Below, one piece after another: positions 1-14,799 of a DNA stretch of 64,000 bases. This DNA comes from Octopus vulgaris (Eukaryota). A model generated the notes under the pieces. That model made no database searches and was not told where the DNA came from. It was given only the letters and a program-made list of their open reading frames with translations. Each line of letters opens with the position of its first letter. Within the stretch, counting starts at the first letter, position 1. Where the stretch lies: contig OX597821.1 of the NCBI GenBank assembly GCA_951406725.2, positions 44,826,001 through 44,890,000 of the forward strand, in the 5' to 3' direction. Made by a program: the position numbers and the translations under genes.

Positions 1-2967
1 AAATGCACTAGTTCAGTGCAGAATCTTCGTTTTCATTAACCAATAGCTTTGTGAATTATGCAATCTGAGATACAAAAACGCCTGAATAAAACACAGGATG
101 GTCAGGGTTGGAACATCTTTGTTCATGAGTTGACCTGGGGCTAAACAACAACAATGTTCAATACCTTTATTACTAATCCTAACGTCAAAGAAACAAGCGG
201 TAGTAAAATCTAAATATTTGAGTTTTGAAATATATTAGATTTACCGTAAAAACTCCTCTTGATAATTAACCCATTTGATACCAACCCACCCTAGACTACT
301 TTTGGTTCTATGATATCTAAATTGTAATCTTCCATCAAAATTTCACGTTAATTTATATTCCGAACACCAGCTTAAAAAGGTGAAGTTTTTTTCCTAAATT
401 TATCTTTGACGTAGTATATTTTATTAACGATTTGATAATGAAAGGGTTCATTACTTGTCTATCTGTTGTATGTCTATGTGGTTAAGAAACCCACTTCACA
501 ACAATGCGGTTACAGATCTGATCCCCCAGTGCAGAATTTTGGTGTTGAATTGACCAATATTTTGTGAGTGGAAGTTAGGAGATGGAAACTGTGCAGAAGC
601 CCATCATATATATATATATGATGTATGTATGTGATAAGGGCTGAACAGCATAATGCATTGTGTCACTGAGCAAGGTGCTTCATTTCATGTTGCTCCAGAC
701 TACGTGGTTGAATATGAGTACCAGCTGTGTACTGGTGTAGCTCACATTCCCTTCAGCAGTCCACATCCTGGTTGTACCACTGGGTTATATGCTGGGAAAA
801 TCTAGACAGTGTCTATGTCTGCATGCAGCTATATGGGAGTCAGAAATAATTAGAGAAAGTGTGGTATGTTATCAAGCCATACTCATTTGCAGGTGAAGGC
901 TGATTCTTATTGCATGTACATGTGTGTTTCTTTTGCCAATGTATATTGGTAAAGAATGTAAACCTTTGCCAACGATCAGACAATGAAACAGTAATTGGTT
1001 TATCGCAAACTGGTGACTCATTGCATTATTGTTCCCAAATTATCATCTACATGAAACAAATAAATAAATGTCTGTAAATTTTTGTCTTTTTTATTGGTTT
1101 CTATATCCTTAATGGAGACATTCTCATCTAAATTCCATGGCAAATTAGCTACAATCTATTTATAACTTCATGTCAGTTCAGGGTCAACTAGTCACGATTT
1201 TTTTGTCAGTGTGCCACGCCATGTCCCACAATACTTTCACTCATTTGCCTTTCTGTAACCTTTTTTAGGCATATAATACAAGCTGATAATAATATCAATT
1301 TTCACAGTTTGTGCTTGTGCATATATTGTCATGTCCAGGTCTGTGAACCTATTATGTGAATAAATGTTTCATCAAACCCACATATACTAGATCTTACATA
1401 TCATTTACATCAACCTTTTTTTTTAAAACAGTTTACATTAGTGTCAGTAAAGAAGTCAATGATCTTTAGTTTAACCATAAACTCTTCATGTTCTCTCTAT
1501 AATTTCTAACTGGTCAATCCCAGATGACTAATTCAGTCAGGTTTCACAATATACTCATGATAATTTCCTATGCAATGGTTGAATTTTGCTCTTTATTTTC
1601 TAATTCATTTTGTAGAATTTTTCTTTGTACCTTATATATCTTTCTTTTATTGTTTTCATTCCCCTTTCAAATTTTTGTTGTTCTACCTTTAACTTTAATC
1701 CAACCTTAAATTTCACTACTTCCTCATGGATGGTCATTCACATTTTTACCATTTTCATAATGGTATTGCAGTAAAAACACAGTGAGGGGCATAGTCCTCC
1801 TACCTTTGATTAAACTGTTGGAAAAATAATTGTATTCTGATATATTTTGATTCCAATTGCAGCTGTTTTATCTCAGGATTTTAACTGTTGTCCTCCCATA
1901 CAAAGGGAGGAGTTTTGTTTTTTTATTACCATCCAATCTTAGGATCACATTCATTCTCCAATTATTTATATTTATATTGTATGAGTGAACAAAAACAGCA
2001 TAATTCTGATTATTTTCCCTCTTTTAAGTTTAATAATAAAGACATTTCTGAATACTAGCTTCATATATTGTGTGTAATATTTCTTTGCTATATTCCTCCA
2101 TCAGTCTGTGATCAATTTGGTCTGCTTTCAAGAATCTCAAGAATTATCATTACGTTTCTTAATTTCAAAGTCTTATAAAGTTGCCGTCATTTCTTTGTAT
2201 ATCGTACATTTTCAGGAAATTGTTCTTGTATCCAAACAAGAAATTATTGCCCTATTATATAAATTGAGATAATTTATTTATTGCATATTTTCTCCTGTCA
2301 TTCTGAATTAAAAATTAGCTTAGTCTGACATCAATTCCTCTTCTCTCTTTTTTTATTCTGTCACTGTTTCTCCTCACCACCTCTCTGGTACCACTATTAG
2401 TTATGCTCAGTACAATCTTATGACAAGGCACAATGCCAATTTTTGTAAAGAAGTAGAAGTATTTATTGGACTGGTCACAATATATTCTTGCAACATATTG
2501 AACCACTCAAGAAAAGATAATGATAAAGTTGACCTCAGCAGCATTTGAACTCAGAACAATGAGGTATGGAACTAATCATAGCAAAACATCTTGTCCAGTT
2601 CCCTAGTGACAAAGGGTTTTGTTGGGAAATGGGTTTAGTTAAATACGTTGTTTCTCCAGTATGTTATTGATACTTTTTAAAAATAAATTCTGGAAAATGT
2701 CACATAAGTTAACTGTGAGATTTGAACTCAGAACAATGAGGTCCTAGAGTATATTATCAAGTATTTGAACTTTCTAGTCCAGAACACTTTTGCCTTGTTC
2801 ACCATAATTTTTAATCAGCACATTTGTACAATATACAGGGCCAGTCATTGTTAAAAAGTCAAACAACTGTTATTAAGTAGTTCTATATTTAAGAGATGAT
2901 GAATTATGTACATTATTTACATTATTTACAATTGATGGATATTTGTCCTCGTCTTGTTTGTTGTTAA

Positions 2968-3009
2968 CACAACGTTTCGGCTGATGTACTCTCCAGCCTT
3001 CATCAGGTG
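2968..3009 (-). ncRNA. Minimal type I hammerhead ribozyme motif
   Basis: Minus strand reads cac-CTGATGA-a-ggctg(gagagtacat)cagcc-GAAA-C-GTT-gtg; stem I cac/gtg; palindromic AACGTT stem III. Confidence 0.75.
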
Positions 3010-3060
3010 ACTTGGGGAAATTTCGAACCTGGGTTCTCATTCCTAAGGTATTTTTCGATG

Positions 3061-3112
<52 letters not shown>

Positions 3113-3231
3113 TATTCAGGTCACTGCCTGGAATCAAACTCAGAATCTTGGGGTTAGTAGCCCATGCAGGCTACTAACCCCAAGATTCCAAGTTTGATTC
3201 CAGGCAGTGAACTGAATAATGCTGATGATGA

Positions 3232-3263
<32 letters not shown>

Positions 3264-3281
3264 ATAATAATAATAATAATA

Positions 3282-3840
3282 AATGCCCTGATGCAGTACC
3301 AGGCAGTGGCTCTCATGGCTTCTGATCTTAACTGATTGGAAGTGTTATCATGTACATTGTTTTGTCTTGGTATAAAAGATGGGCTACAGCAAATATTCTG
3401 CTCAATACCACAGATTTGCTTGTCAGTTGTTTGACCTTAACCAGTTGAGCATGTCCCTTAGTGGCTGACGATATGTGCATCTCTGATCACGAGCAGAAGT
3501 AGTGGGGGAGCATCATAGCCATGTGTTGAGAGGGATTCTTTGGGGTTTGAATAGTTCACCTCTGGAAACATGGGTGGTTCTTTCAACATCCTTAAACAAC
3601 CCTTATTCAGGGACCGTTTGAGCGGGATGGGCTACTCAACCTGAAGAAAATTCTAACTGGGCCCCACCTGCAAGGTATTGTGCTGTTTATCTTGATATGA
3701 GATCACCATGTCGCGCACATATGGTTGTGATGCATGTGCCTGGTGTACCTTTATCAGACGGGTAGTCATGATGGGTATATTGGGCTTCGTATATTTTACC
3801 CCAGTGTCACTTTGATGGCATGAACTGCTCTCTCACTCAA
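3282..3840 (+). mobile_element. ~560-bp non-autonomous element inserted in an (AAT)n tract (family TAA-A)
   Basis: Flanked by (AAT)n on both sides; homologous copies at 20735-20893, 25690-26685 (split) and 27414-27823, and fragments at 42200-42368 and 46010-46190; orientation inferred. Confidence 0.75.
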
Positions 3841-4634
3841 TAATAATAATAATAATAATAATAACATCGAAAAATACCTTAGGAATGAGAACCCAGGTTC
3901 GAAATTTCCCCAAGACGCCGGATGAAGGCTGCAGAGTACATCAAGATGAGGACAAATATCCATCAATTGTAAATAATGTAAATAACTGTTATTAACAAGC
4001 AAACCTTAATTATTTACATAAATTAATGGGGGAATACCGTTAAAAATAGAATATCAATATAGCTTCTATTATATATTTATTTTCAATATAAAATTATTAT
4101 GTCATGTTGTTGATGTTTTTGGCAATTGGCCTGATTAACTCTGCTGAATCAGATATAATTTATAGAGGTGTCTGATTGAATGTTTAGAAGAAATCCAGAC
4201 TCATGTGGTCACTTGTCCAACATTTTTGTTGGGGTCGAACCTCAGTACTTCATGAGCTTTGCAGTAAAATTCAAAATTGGTTCTTTTTTGTATGATTGTT
4301 TCTGGTTAATAGAGGTATTAATTATGCAGATTTATATTTGTAATTATTCATTTAATTAATTTTGTTATCACATTCAATTAATTTCTTTAAATATGGGCAT
4401 ATGTACATGCACATACATACACATATGTATGCATACATATATGTGTGTGTTTGTATACATATAAGTAAGCATGTAGGTGCAAAACATGGTGGAAAAGATA
4501 GTACTCAAGCACCAAAGGCAGAGTAAAATGCTATTTTATTAAAGCCAAAAAAACAAATTCACAAACTGTTACTCAAAGTTTCATGTGGCTATTCAATCAG
4601 GTAGTTGTAATGTATATGTGTGTGTATACATACA

Positions 4635-4686
<52 letters not shown>

Positions 4687-4775
4687 AATTAGAAAAAAAA
4701 ACACCTTTTATCAATTCAAAATGAACAATTAAATTACACCATCTAGAAAATTACATAGAATAGAAATATTAAAAT

Positions 4776-4830
<55 letters not shown>

Positions 4831-4832
<2 letters not shown>

Positions 4833-5072
4833 TTTACTCTTTTACTTGTTTCAGTCATTTGACTGTGGCCATGCTGGAGCATCGCCTTTAGTCAAGCAAA
4901 TCGACCCCAGGACTTATTCTTTGTAAGCCTAGTACTTATTCTATTGGTCTCTTTTGCTGAACCACTAAGTTACGGGGACATAACACACCAGCATCGGTTG
5001 TCAAGCGATGTTGGTGGGGACAAACACAGACAGACAAACGTATACACACACACACACACGCGCGCGCGCATG

Positions 5073-5114
<42 letters not shown>

Positions 5115-5289
5115 TACATATATATACATATATATACGATGGGCTTCTTTTAGTTTCCGTCCACCAAATCCACTCGCAAGGCTTTGGTCGGCCCGAGGCT
5201 ATAGTAGAAGACACTTGCCCAAGGTGCCTTGCAGTGGAACTGAACCCGGAACCATGTAGCTGGTAAGCAAGCTACTTACCACACAGCCA
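4831..5289 (-). mobile_element. tRNA-derived SINE (family S1), near full length
   Basis: Reverse complement of the copy at 53802-54212; A box TGGCTGTGTGG, B box GGTTCAGTTCC, internal (CA)/(TA) tract, AAAGAGT-repeat tail. Confidence 0.85.
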
Positions 5290-5395
5290 ATGCATATATG
5301 TGCATGAATTCTATACATTTTGAAGATGTTAGAACATTTAACTCAAATATTTTTGAGTTTCAGTGGGGGATTAGTATGAGTGGAGGATTAGTATA

Positions 5396-5629
5396 CAGCA
5401 ATCCCTCACCATATCGTGGTTCACCGATCATGGTTTATTATTTAAGATTACCTCTATTCCTCTGTGGTGTTGTTTTGCATTTATAATAAAATAAATATAT
5501 ACAAATTATGAAAATAATAAAAAAATATATACAGTACAGTACTGTTTCTACTTCATGGATTTTCACCTATCGTAGGGGGTTTTGGAGCATAACACCTATT
5601 GTAGGGGGTTTGGAAACAAGGGATTACTG
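5396..5629. mobile_element. pogo/Tigger-type MITE
   Basis: Terminal inverted repeats CAGCAATCCCT / AGGGATTACTG, each flanked by TA. Confidence 0.65.
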
Positions 5630-6348
5630 TATAAGGAGTGTGTCTTTGTATTTGTCTACAGAGAGCTAATCTTCCTTGTGATGCCTGCCTGTCTCTAACT
5701 CCATGAACAAACTGAGTTTGACACTGCAAGTTTACAAATTATATAGTGGTAGTAGTAGCGAAATGGCAAAACCATTAGAGGCTCAGACAAAATACATTAG
5801 TTATTTGTTACAGCAGTTATTTGTCACAGCAGATGAGATTCTGAAGTCAAATGCTATTGAAGTAACGTTTCCATACATCATTTCAGGTTTAATGAAACAA
5901 AGTACAAGACAGTACTGCAGTCAATTTAATGAGTGTATCCTCGAATCCTCCTTTAAACTATGTGGCCTTGTATCTATAAGAAAAATCAGTCTTGCAGTGT
6001 TAGCCTGCTTGGAGCAGACAACAACATCTTCTCATGGTATTTGTTAATAGTTAACTGTACTGGGTTAGTGAGGAGTAAGTGATTAATAGAGATATTGAAC
6101 AGTAGTCCTCAGTGAAAGGATATGAACTATTAAAATTAGTTGACTAGCATTCTGTCAATTTCTTCAACTGAGTTGATAAAACATTTCACAGGTATATTAT
6201 TACATCATAATCATTGTTTAGCGTCCGCTTTCCATGCTAGCATGGTACATTCTTATATAATGGTGATAATAGGTGAGAAATTACATGTGCACTAACACAT
6301 CATGAATATTTTGCTAAACTGAAATCATCATCATCACCATCATTATCC

Positions 6349-6393
<45 letters not shown>

Positions 6394-7879
6394 CAATCTT
6401 GCATGGTTAATTGAGATAGATTTTCAAAGGTCAGATGCCCTTCATGTCATCAACTCTCACTTCTTTCCTAGCAAAGTTATATTTCTCCATGGCCAGACAT
6501 GTTTTCACATTATTTTGGAAATGAACCAAATCTGCTTATGAGGTTTTAATCAACCCAAGGCTATAGTAGATAACACTTGCCCAAGGGACTGAACCCAAAA
6601 CCATGTAGTTGGGAGGCAAACTTCTTAACCTCACAGCTACATCTGCACCCATAGCCCTGCTTGTGTCTGTATTTATACATTTAAAATTTATTAGTTAAAG
6701 CACATGCACACATATGCACTCGTACGCACGCACACACACACACACACAGAGGTATTATTAAGTCTCATAACAGCCAATCCAAATTACCAAAAATTTTCAT
6801 GTAGGAAAAGAAAGAAAGCCTTCCAACAATGGAAAGGTAAATCAACAATCATCAGACATGGCTGAATGGTTGTTAGTTACCTTTCCACACATGCAACGTT
6901 TTTAACATGAAACCATTTGATAACATGAATTGTCCTTTATGAAACTAAATTTATGATATTGTATATATATATAATATACCAACTCTGTTATCTATTACAC
7001 AAGTGCCTGTTTCTGTTGCTTTTTTTTTTTTTTGCTTTGTTTTTTCATTCTTTCTGAGTTATGAAAACTTTTGAACAATTATATAGAGCAAGAAGTATAT
7101 AGTTTTCCTGATACCTGCAACTTACTGAATATATCTCTAGTAGTAAGTTGCATGATGGAAGTGTCAAACTTAACATAAATTCTGGATTTGATTAAAACCC
7201 TGTTAGAGTTCACTAATTCTCAGTTTCCAAGAATGAAAGACTGGGATTTATTGATAACAGCTTAGCCCTTCATAAGTCGCCTGACCTCTCCGAACATGGT
7301 TAGTCACTTGGGGTGTTTACACACCCCATTACAAAAATATTTATAATTTTAGTATTATGTAAAATCTACTCATTCTGTTGGTTCAGGATATATCTTCACT
7401 CACTGCTGAGAAGTTTGAAAACCTTGTATCTGATTAATATCAATATAAAGCAATACAATAAAATAATTTATAAAATTAAGGAAACACTAAAGAATCTTAG
7501 ATTCACATCACATTTATTTTGAAAATACCCACAGAATACATCATTTTGTGGGATATTTTAATATCTATGATGGATATTAACATTAAAAATAACATAACAG
7601 GCAATCTCGATTACAATATGCCTTAAATCAAAACTTGAACTGTATTAGTCAAATAGGGTGACTAGACAAAAACGACATCTACCTCACATGACTACAACTG
7701 TGCCACACCACCTACAACACAGACGCACTGAGTCAGAAGAGTAGAGGACAATGGACATTAAATGATAATGATGATGATGATATACATATATAAATATATA
7801 TATATAGATATAGATATATATACACTAGCAGTAATACCCATTGTTGATTGAGTAATTACTTATTCTCAGGAGTCACTTT

Positions 7880-8250
7880 CATCATCATCATCATCATCAT
7901 TGTCGTTTAACTTCTGCTTTCCATGCTGGCATGGGTTGGATGGTTTGACTGAGGGCTGGGGAACCAGAAGGCTGCACCAGGCTCCAATCTGATCTGGCAA
8001 TGTTTCTACAGCTGGATGCCCTTCCTAATGCCAACCACTCAGAGAGTATAGTGGATGGTTTTTATGTCCCACCGGCATGAGGGCCAGCCAGGCGGTACTG
8101 GCCTCGGCCATGCTTGAATGAGGCTTTTTACATACCACCAGCATGGGAGCCAGTCAGGTGGCACTGGTAACAATCACATTCAAATGGTGCTTTTTACGTG
8201 TCACCGGCATGGGTGCCAATCAGGTAGTACTGTCATCAGCCACGACAATA
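7880..8250 (-). mobile_element. RTE LINE 3'-UTR fragment with (GAT)n tail
   Basis: Matches 54903-55270, which is continuous with RTE coding sequence; further copies near 8405-8515, 21740-22125 (+), 22470-22790, 25873-26401 (+), 36580-36960, 43210-43490 and 55826-56260. Confidence 0.7.
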
Positions 8251-9066
8251 ACATTCAAAGTATTATAATATATATAATTTACTCCACTTGTATGTGTGTA
8301 TTTTGTAAGAGAAAAACATGTGGTCATTGAAGTAGAAAAAAGGTCAATTTCATACACAAACTTTTGTTTGTTTATTATATGACAATAATAAGTGGGTTGT
8401 ATTATCATCATCATCACCGTTTAACATCCATTTTCCATGCTAGCATGGGTTGGGCAGTTCGACTGGGGTCTAGGAAGCCAGGAGGCTGCACCAGGCTCCA
8501 GTCTGATCAGGCAGTGTTATACCTTATATATTGGTATTATATTAGCAGAATCGGTGGAGCATCAGCTATCAGACATTGTGGTATTTAGTTCCTTTACACT
8601 TTGAATTCAAATACTGATGTGAAGCTGATTTTACATTTTATCCTTTCAGTGTTAATAAAATATATTCTAGTCAATTATCAGTGTAGATATTATTAACAGT
8701 TACCATTCCATTCAACATCCTTCTATGTGTGGTCAATATGGTAGCTTGAATTAGAATACACAGCTTTGTGCTTTCCTGATACAGTGAGAGGGAGGTAACT
8801 TAGTAACACCAACATTTAAATGCTCTCACCAGATTGTTAACCTAGATTATATAATTTAATAACCACAGCACTACTTAACAGATTTTACCTTATTTTAGAA
8901 ATTATAGAATTTAGTAATGTGGATTTTAGAATTTAGTAACAACACACCAAACCATTTAGTATATTCACCTTAATCTAGAGAATGGTTGTAAGAATTTACT
9001 GTCAAATTTTGTGTCTAAGTTGGTGTGTACTTCTTTCCTCACATGTTAGATCCCTAACATTATGGT

Positions 9067-9195
9067 CTCTCTGATGAAGCTTTGGGGCTCAATCATTGTT
9101 CAACCCCTGTCCAATGTTTGTTCAACCTTTGCACAATCCCTGTATATTACTGGTATGCTGTGGAATACTTGGCAAAAGTAAAAACAGCTGTAAAG
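9067..9195 (+). ncRNA. Degenerate hammerhead motif with long stem II insert
   Basis: ctct-CTGATGA-agcttt...aaaagt-AAAA-CAGCTG-TA-aag; same stem III as the intact motif at 57051-57177 but G12 changed to A. Confidence 0.45.
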
Positions 9196-9543
9196 TTTAG
9201 TATTTTTTCACTCATTTATTCTTAATCATTTATTTATTTTTATTTATCTATTTATTTACTTGTTTATTTGTTTCTTTTGATTACTTATACATATGAATAT
9301 AATTAATTAATAGCTAGATCCAAATAAATGTTTACAGACTGATGCTTGTCAGTTAATTATCCTCTCCATTTTCTTATTTGTCTTATACTTATATATATAT
9401 ATGTAGATATATACACATATAAATGTATACATATATATACATAAACATACATAAGTGTATATATATATATATATATATACACATATGTATATGTACATAT
9501 ATATATATATATACATATACACATATATATACATATATATATA

Positions 9544-9899
9544 TCTCTTATGATAAAAGGCAGATTTTCTCTGCCTGTTCCCGTGTTCCTTTTTAATACA
9601 ATTCTACAATATAGAATTTCTTCAATTAGAATTTACCTATGATTTTTCGAAGTAGATTCGATTCGGTCATGGCATATAAATTTCTTTCAATTTGACCCCT
9701 AATTAAGCAAAAATTTGAAAAAACTCGATATTCCCTCTCTCACTTCAAAGGCTTTACTCCGCCTGTTAGCACACTTTCTTTTTACACACATAGACACGCA
9801 AACATATACATATATGACAGTGTCAATTGTTGAAAGAAAATTGTAAGCTAAGAAGGTGTGTGTGTGTGTGTATGCATGCGTGTGTGTGTGAGTGTGTGT

Positions 9900-9961
<62 letters not shown>

Positions 9962-10350
9962 GTATTAATGTGTGTGTGTTATCTCTCTCTCTCTATAAAG
10001 CTGAAGTTGTCTGTGTGCGCCAGGTTTGGTAGCCTTCAACTAACACTATCTCCTCCGAGACCCTGCGGCACAAGTTGACCAAAATTGAGAGTATGATAGA
10101 AGGGTTGCTCTTCCTTCCGTAGAAGATAAAATTCAAATTGGACCATGTTAACACCAAAAATTATTTACATCAAAAAGGTGCTTTTTTCTATGAAAATCCC
10201 TATTTTTTACGATTTTTTCACTGCTGTGTCGCCACTTTTCGGTGTATTTCAACCAGAAAAATGTTCACTTGATGCAAAATTTTTACTTTTCAAAAATTCC
10301 AATTCCAGCGGGTCAAAACAAACCCGAGCAACGCCGGGCGATACTGCTAG
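9544..10350 (+). mobile_element. Non-autonomous Helitron
   Basis: 5' A|TC, 3' GC-rich hairpin CCCGAGCAACGCCGGG then CTAG|T, no TSD; second 5'-end-like TCTC...TATAAAG at ~9982; homolog at 60137-60473. Confidence 0.75.
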
Positions 10351-10377
10351 TATATATATATATACATACATACACAC

Positions 10378-10442
<65 letters not shown>

Positions 10443-10443
10443 T

Positions 10444-10474
<31 letters not shown>

Positions 10475-10654
10475 CAAACATGTATATAAACACTTAGTGA
10501 GTGAAATTAATTGAAACTGAAACCATGTAAGACTGAAACTATTATATCACATTACAATAGAGATGTTATTGTTTCATTTTTGACATGTAATACCAAAACA
10601 GTGTAAGAGATAAGAGATTGCTCCAGGCTCGTATTAGATAAGAAGTTCAAAATT

Positions 10655-10920
<266 letters not shown>

Positions 10921-10927
10921 AATATAT

Positions 10928-11111
10928 AATTTATTATATAGAAGGAGTTCTACAGGACTAGAACTGTTTCATTCAAAAGAAATCCTGATGATTTCTTTTG
11001 AATGAAACAGTTCTAGTCCTGTAGAAGCTCCTTCTATATAATAAATTAATTTACTCTGCTATGTATTGAGTACCTTATTTACTGTGGTTAACCCCAAATC
11101 AACCCGGGACC

Positions 11112-11113
<2 letters not shown>
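10928..11113 (+). mobile_element. Fold-back PLE-like insertion in (TA)n with hammerhead core at the hairpin apex
   Basis: Near-perfect palindrome 10928-11047 with loop 10985-10989; CTGATGA(10985)-tttcttttgaat-GAAA-CAGTT; unpaired tail 11048-11113; (TA)n on both sides. Confidence 0.7.
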
Positions 11114-13020
<1,907 letters not shown>

Positions 13021-13044
13021 TATATATATGTATGTGTGTGTGTG

Positions 13045-13092
<48 letters not shown>

Positions 13093-13185
13093 CTGTTGTG
13101 TCTGGGGAGAGTCATTTTCTTTTTGTGCCTTATAACTTAACACACTCACCGGTAAAATTTCCACTTATTCCTTATTTTTATTTTC

Positions 13186-13222
13186 CTAAAATTTTCGTTG
13201 CGTCTTGCAACCTTTTCAATAG
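13186..13222 (-). ncRNA. Hammerhead-like motif, U3:A8 core variant
   Basis: Minus strand reads cta-TTGAAAA-g-gttgc(aagac)gcaac-GAAA-A-TTT-tag. Confidence 0.55.
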
Positions 13223-13900
13223 TCTTGACTCTGTCCGTTATTTACACTGCATTCCTTTTTGTTTGTTTATGCACATGTGTTTGGGTCAGTGTATGTGTGT
13301 ATGTGCCTTTGCACGCATGCATGTATGTATATATGTATGCATGTATGTATGTATGTATGTATGTATGTATGTATGTATGTATGTATGTATGTATGTATGT
13401 ATGTATGTATGTGCGTATGTATGCATGTGTGTGTATGTATATATGTGTGTGTATGCATATGTATATATGTATGTGTGTGCATCTGTATGTATGTATTCTG
13501 CATATTCTTGTACTTGCATGTCTGTGTTTGTGTATTTTTTTATGTATGTGTGTGTGTTTTGCAACCATGTACCGTGTTTGTATGTATAGAGGTGCATCTC
13601 CATATGTGTGGACATGTGTCTCCATATGTGTCGTGTGAAGTAAAGTGTGTGTGTGTGTATATATGGTCATGTGTTTCAGTCCCCATTTGCATATGTGTGC
13701 TTGTCTGTTCATATAACCTATGTACCTATCCGTCTGTATGTTGATCTGTTTATTTTCATATCCATATGCTTACACACATGTGCATATACACATATATACA
13801 TACACCTCACACACACACATAAATACATCTATCTACATAACAGTCCACTAACTATTCCTCTCTACCTGTGTAAACTGTGGGTAGGGGGATTTGATATTTA

Positions 13901-14113
13901 CTATGTATGTTTCCTATTTAGTATTGGGGAAGTTTCATTTATAAGGACGTACTCCTGTATTTGTCTGAGTGTTGGGTCTTTTGGGTGCTTGGATAACAGG
14001 CGGATATTAAGTTGACCCAAGTTGCCTCCATGGTGGTCCTTGGCATGTTAGTAGAGTATGGAGGACTGTTTTTTGTTGTCATATTGTCTCAGATGTTCAT
14101 TTAATCGTTCTGC
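13901..14113 (-). pseudogene. C-terminal half of a PLE-type GIY-YIG endonuclease
   Basis: Manual translation AERLNEHLRQYDNKKQSSILY*HAKDHHGGNLGQLNIRLLSKHPKDPTLRQIQEYVLINETSPILNRKHT*; contains the R..EH, S...H....H and R.I.E...I....P.LNRK motifs typical of PLE GIY-YIG domains. Confidence 0.75.
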
Positions 14114-14231
14114 ATATATACATACACACACATGCATACATATATTATAGAGCTAAAAAGCAGAAAAGTATATTAGTACCTAACAAAAACATAGAAGTTT
14201 CAAACCCTGCTAGGTTTGATACTTCTAACTA

Positions 14232-14799
14232 TTGGGTTGTCCGGAAAGTTTGTGCCGATTTATAGTAGCTTACCTTTCGACTTATTTTAGAACATGGTTG
14301 AGCCCATAAAATAGGATTTGACTACACCTCCATTTAGAGCACAGTTTAAACTATCTTTTTGTGGAAGAAGGTTTATGTTCCTATAACCTGTGTTAATTCT
14401 GTAACCCTTTAAAATGGAAGATAAGAAAGTTCATTTTCGGCACTTGATGCTTTAGGAACCAGACAAACATTGCTGCAGCTCGGCTGGGATGTGTTACCCC
14501 ACCCTCCATATTCACCAGATACTGCTCCTTCGGATTTTCATTTATTCAGGTCTCTGCAGAATAGTCTTAATGGTAAAAATTTCAATTCCTTGGATGACGT
14601 AAAAAGATACCTTGATGAATTCTTTGCCATGAAACTACCTCAAATCTGGGAAGGGGATATTTTCAAGTTAAAGGAAAGATGGAGATGTATTGTGCAACAA
14701 AATGGTTCATATTTGGTTGATTAAAAATGTAATGGCAAGTATTTACTGACCTTTTTCTTGCCTTTAAAAATCAGCACACACTTTTTCTGGACAACCCAA
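14232..14799 (+). mobile_element. Internally deleted mariner element
   Basis: TIRs TTGGGTTGTCCGGAAAG.. / ..TTTCTGGACAACCCAA with TA flanks; N-terminal MEDKKVHFRHLML joined to LGWDVLPHPPYSPDTAPSDFHLFRSLQNSL (mariner YSPDLAPSD motif). Confidence 0.9.

Larger units (their letters stand above)
2877..3983 (-). mobile_element. Fold-back Penelope-like non-autonomous element with tRNA-like head, hammerhead motif and 12-bp TSD
   Basis: 2913-3062 is the reverse complement of ~3862-3985; inner palindrome 3113-3220 with loop 3163-3168; AACTGTTATTAA at 2865-2876 and 3984-3995; HHR motif on the minus strand at 2968-3009. Confidence 0.75.
13091..14113 (-). mobile_element. 5'-truncated Penelope-like retroelement (GIY-YIG end, 3' UTR, HHR-bearing terminus)
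   Basis: GIY-YIG-like frame at 13901-14113, microsatellite-rich 3' region and HHR-like motif at 13186-13222, all on the same strand, ending at (TA)n. Confidence 0.7.

Noticed and set aside
14192-14227. Short hairpin beside the mariner TIR
   Set aside because: Only ~15-bp imperfect arms in AT-rich sequence and no full HHR core; cannot distinguish from chance.
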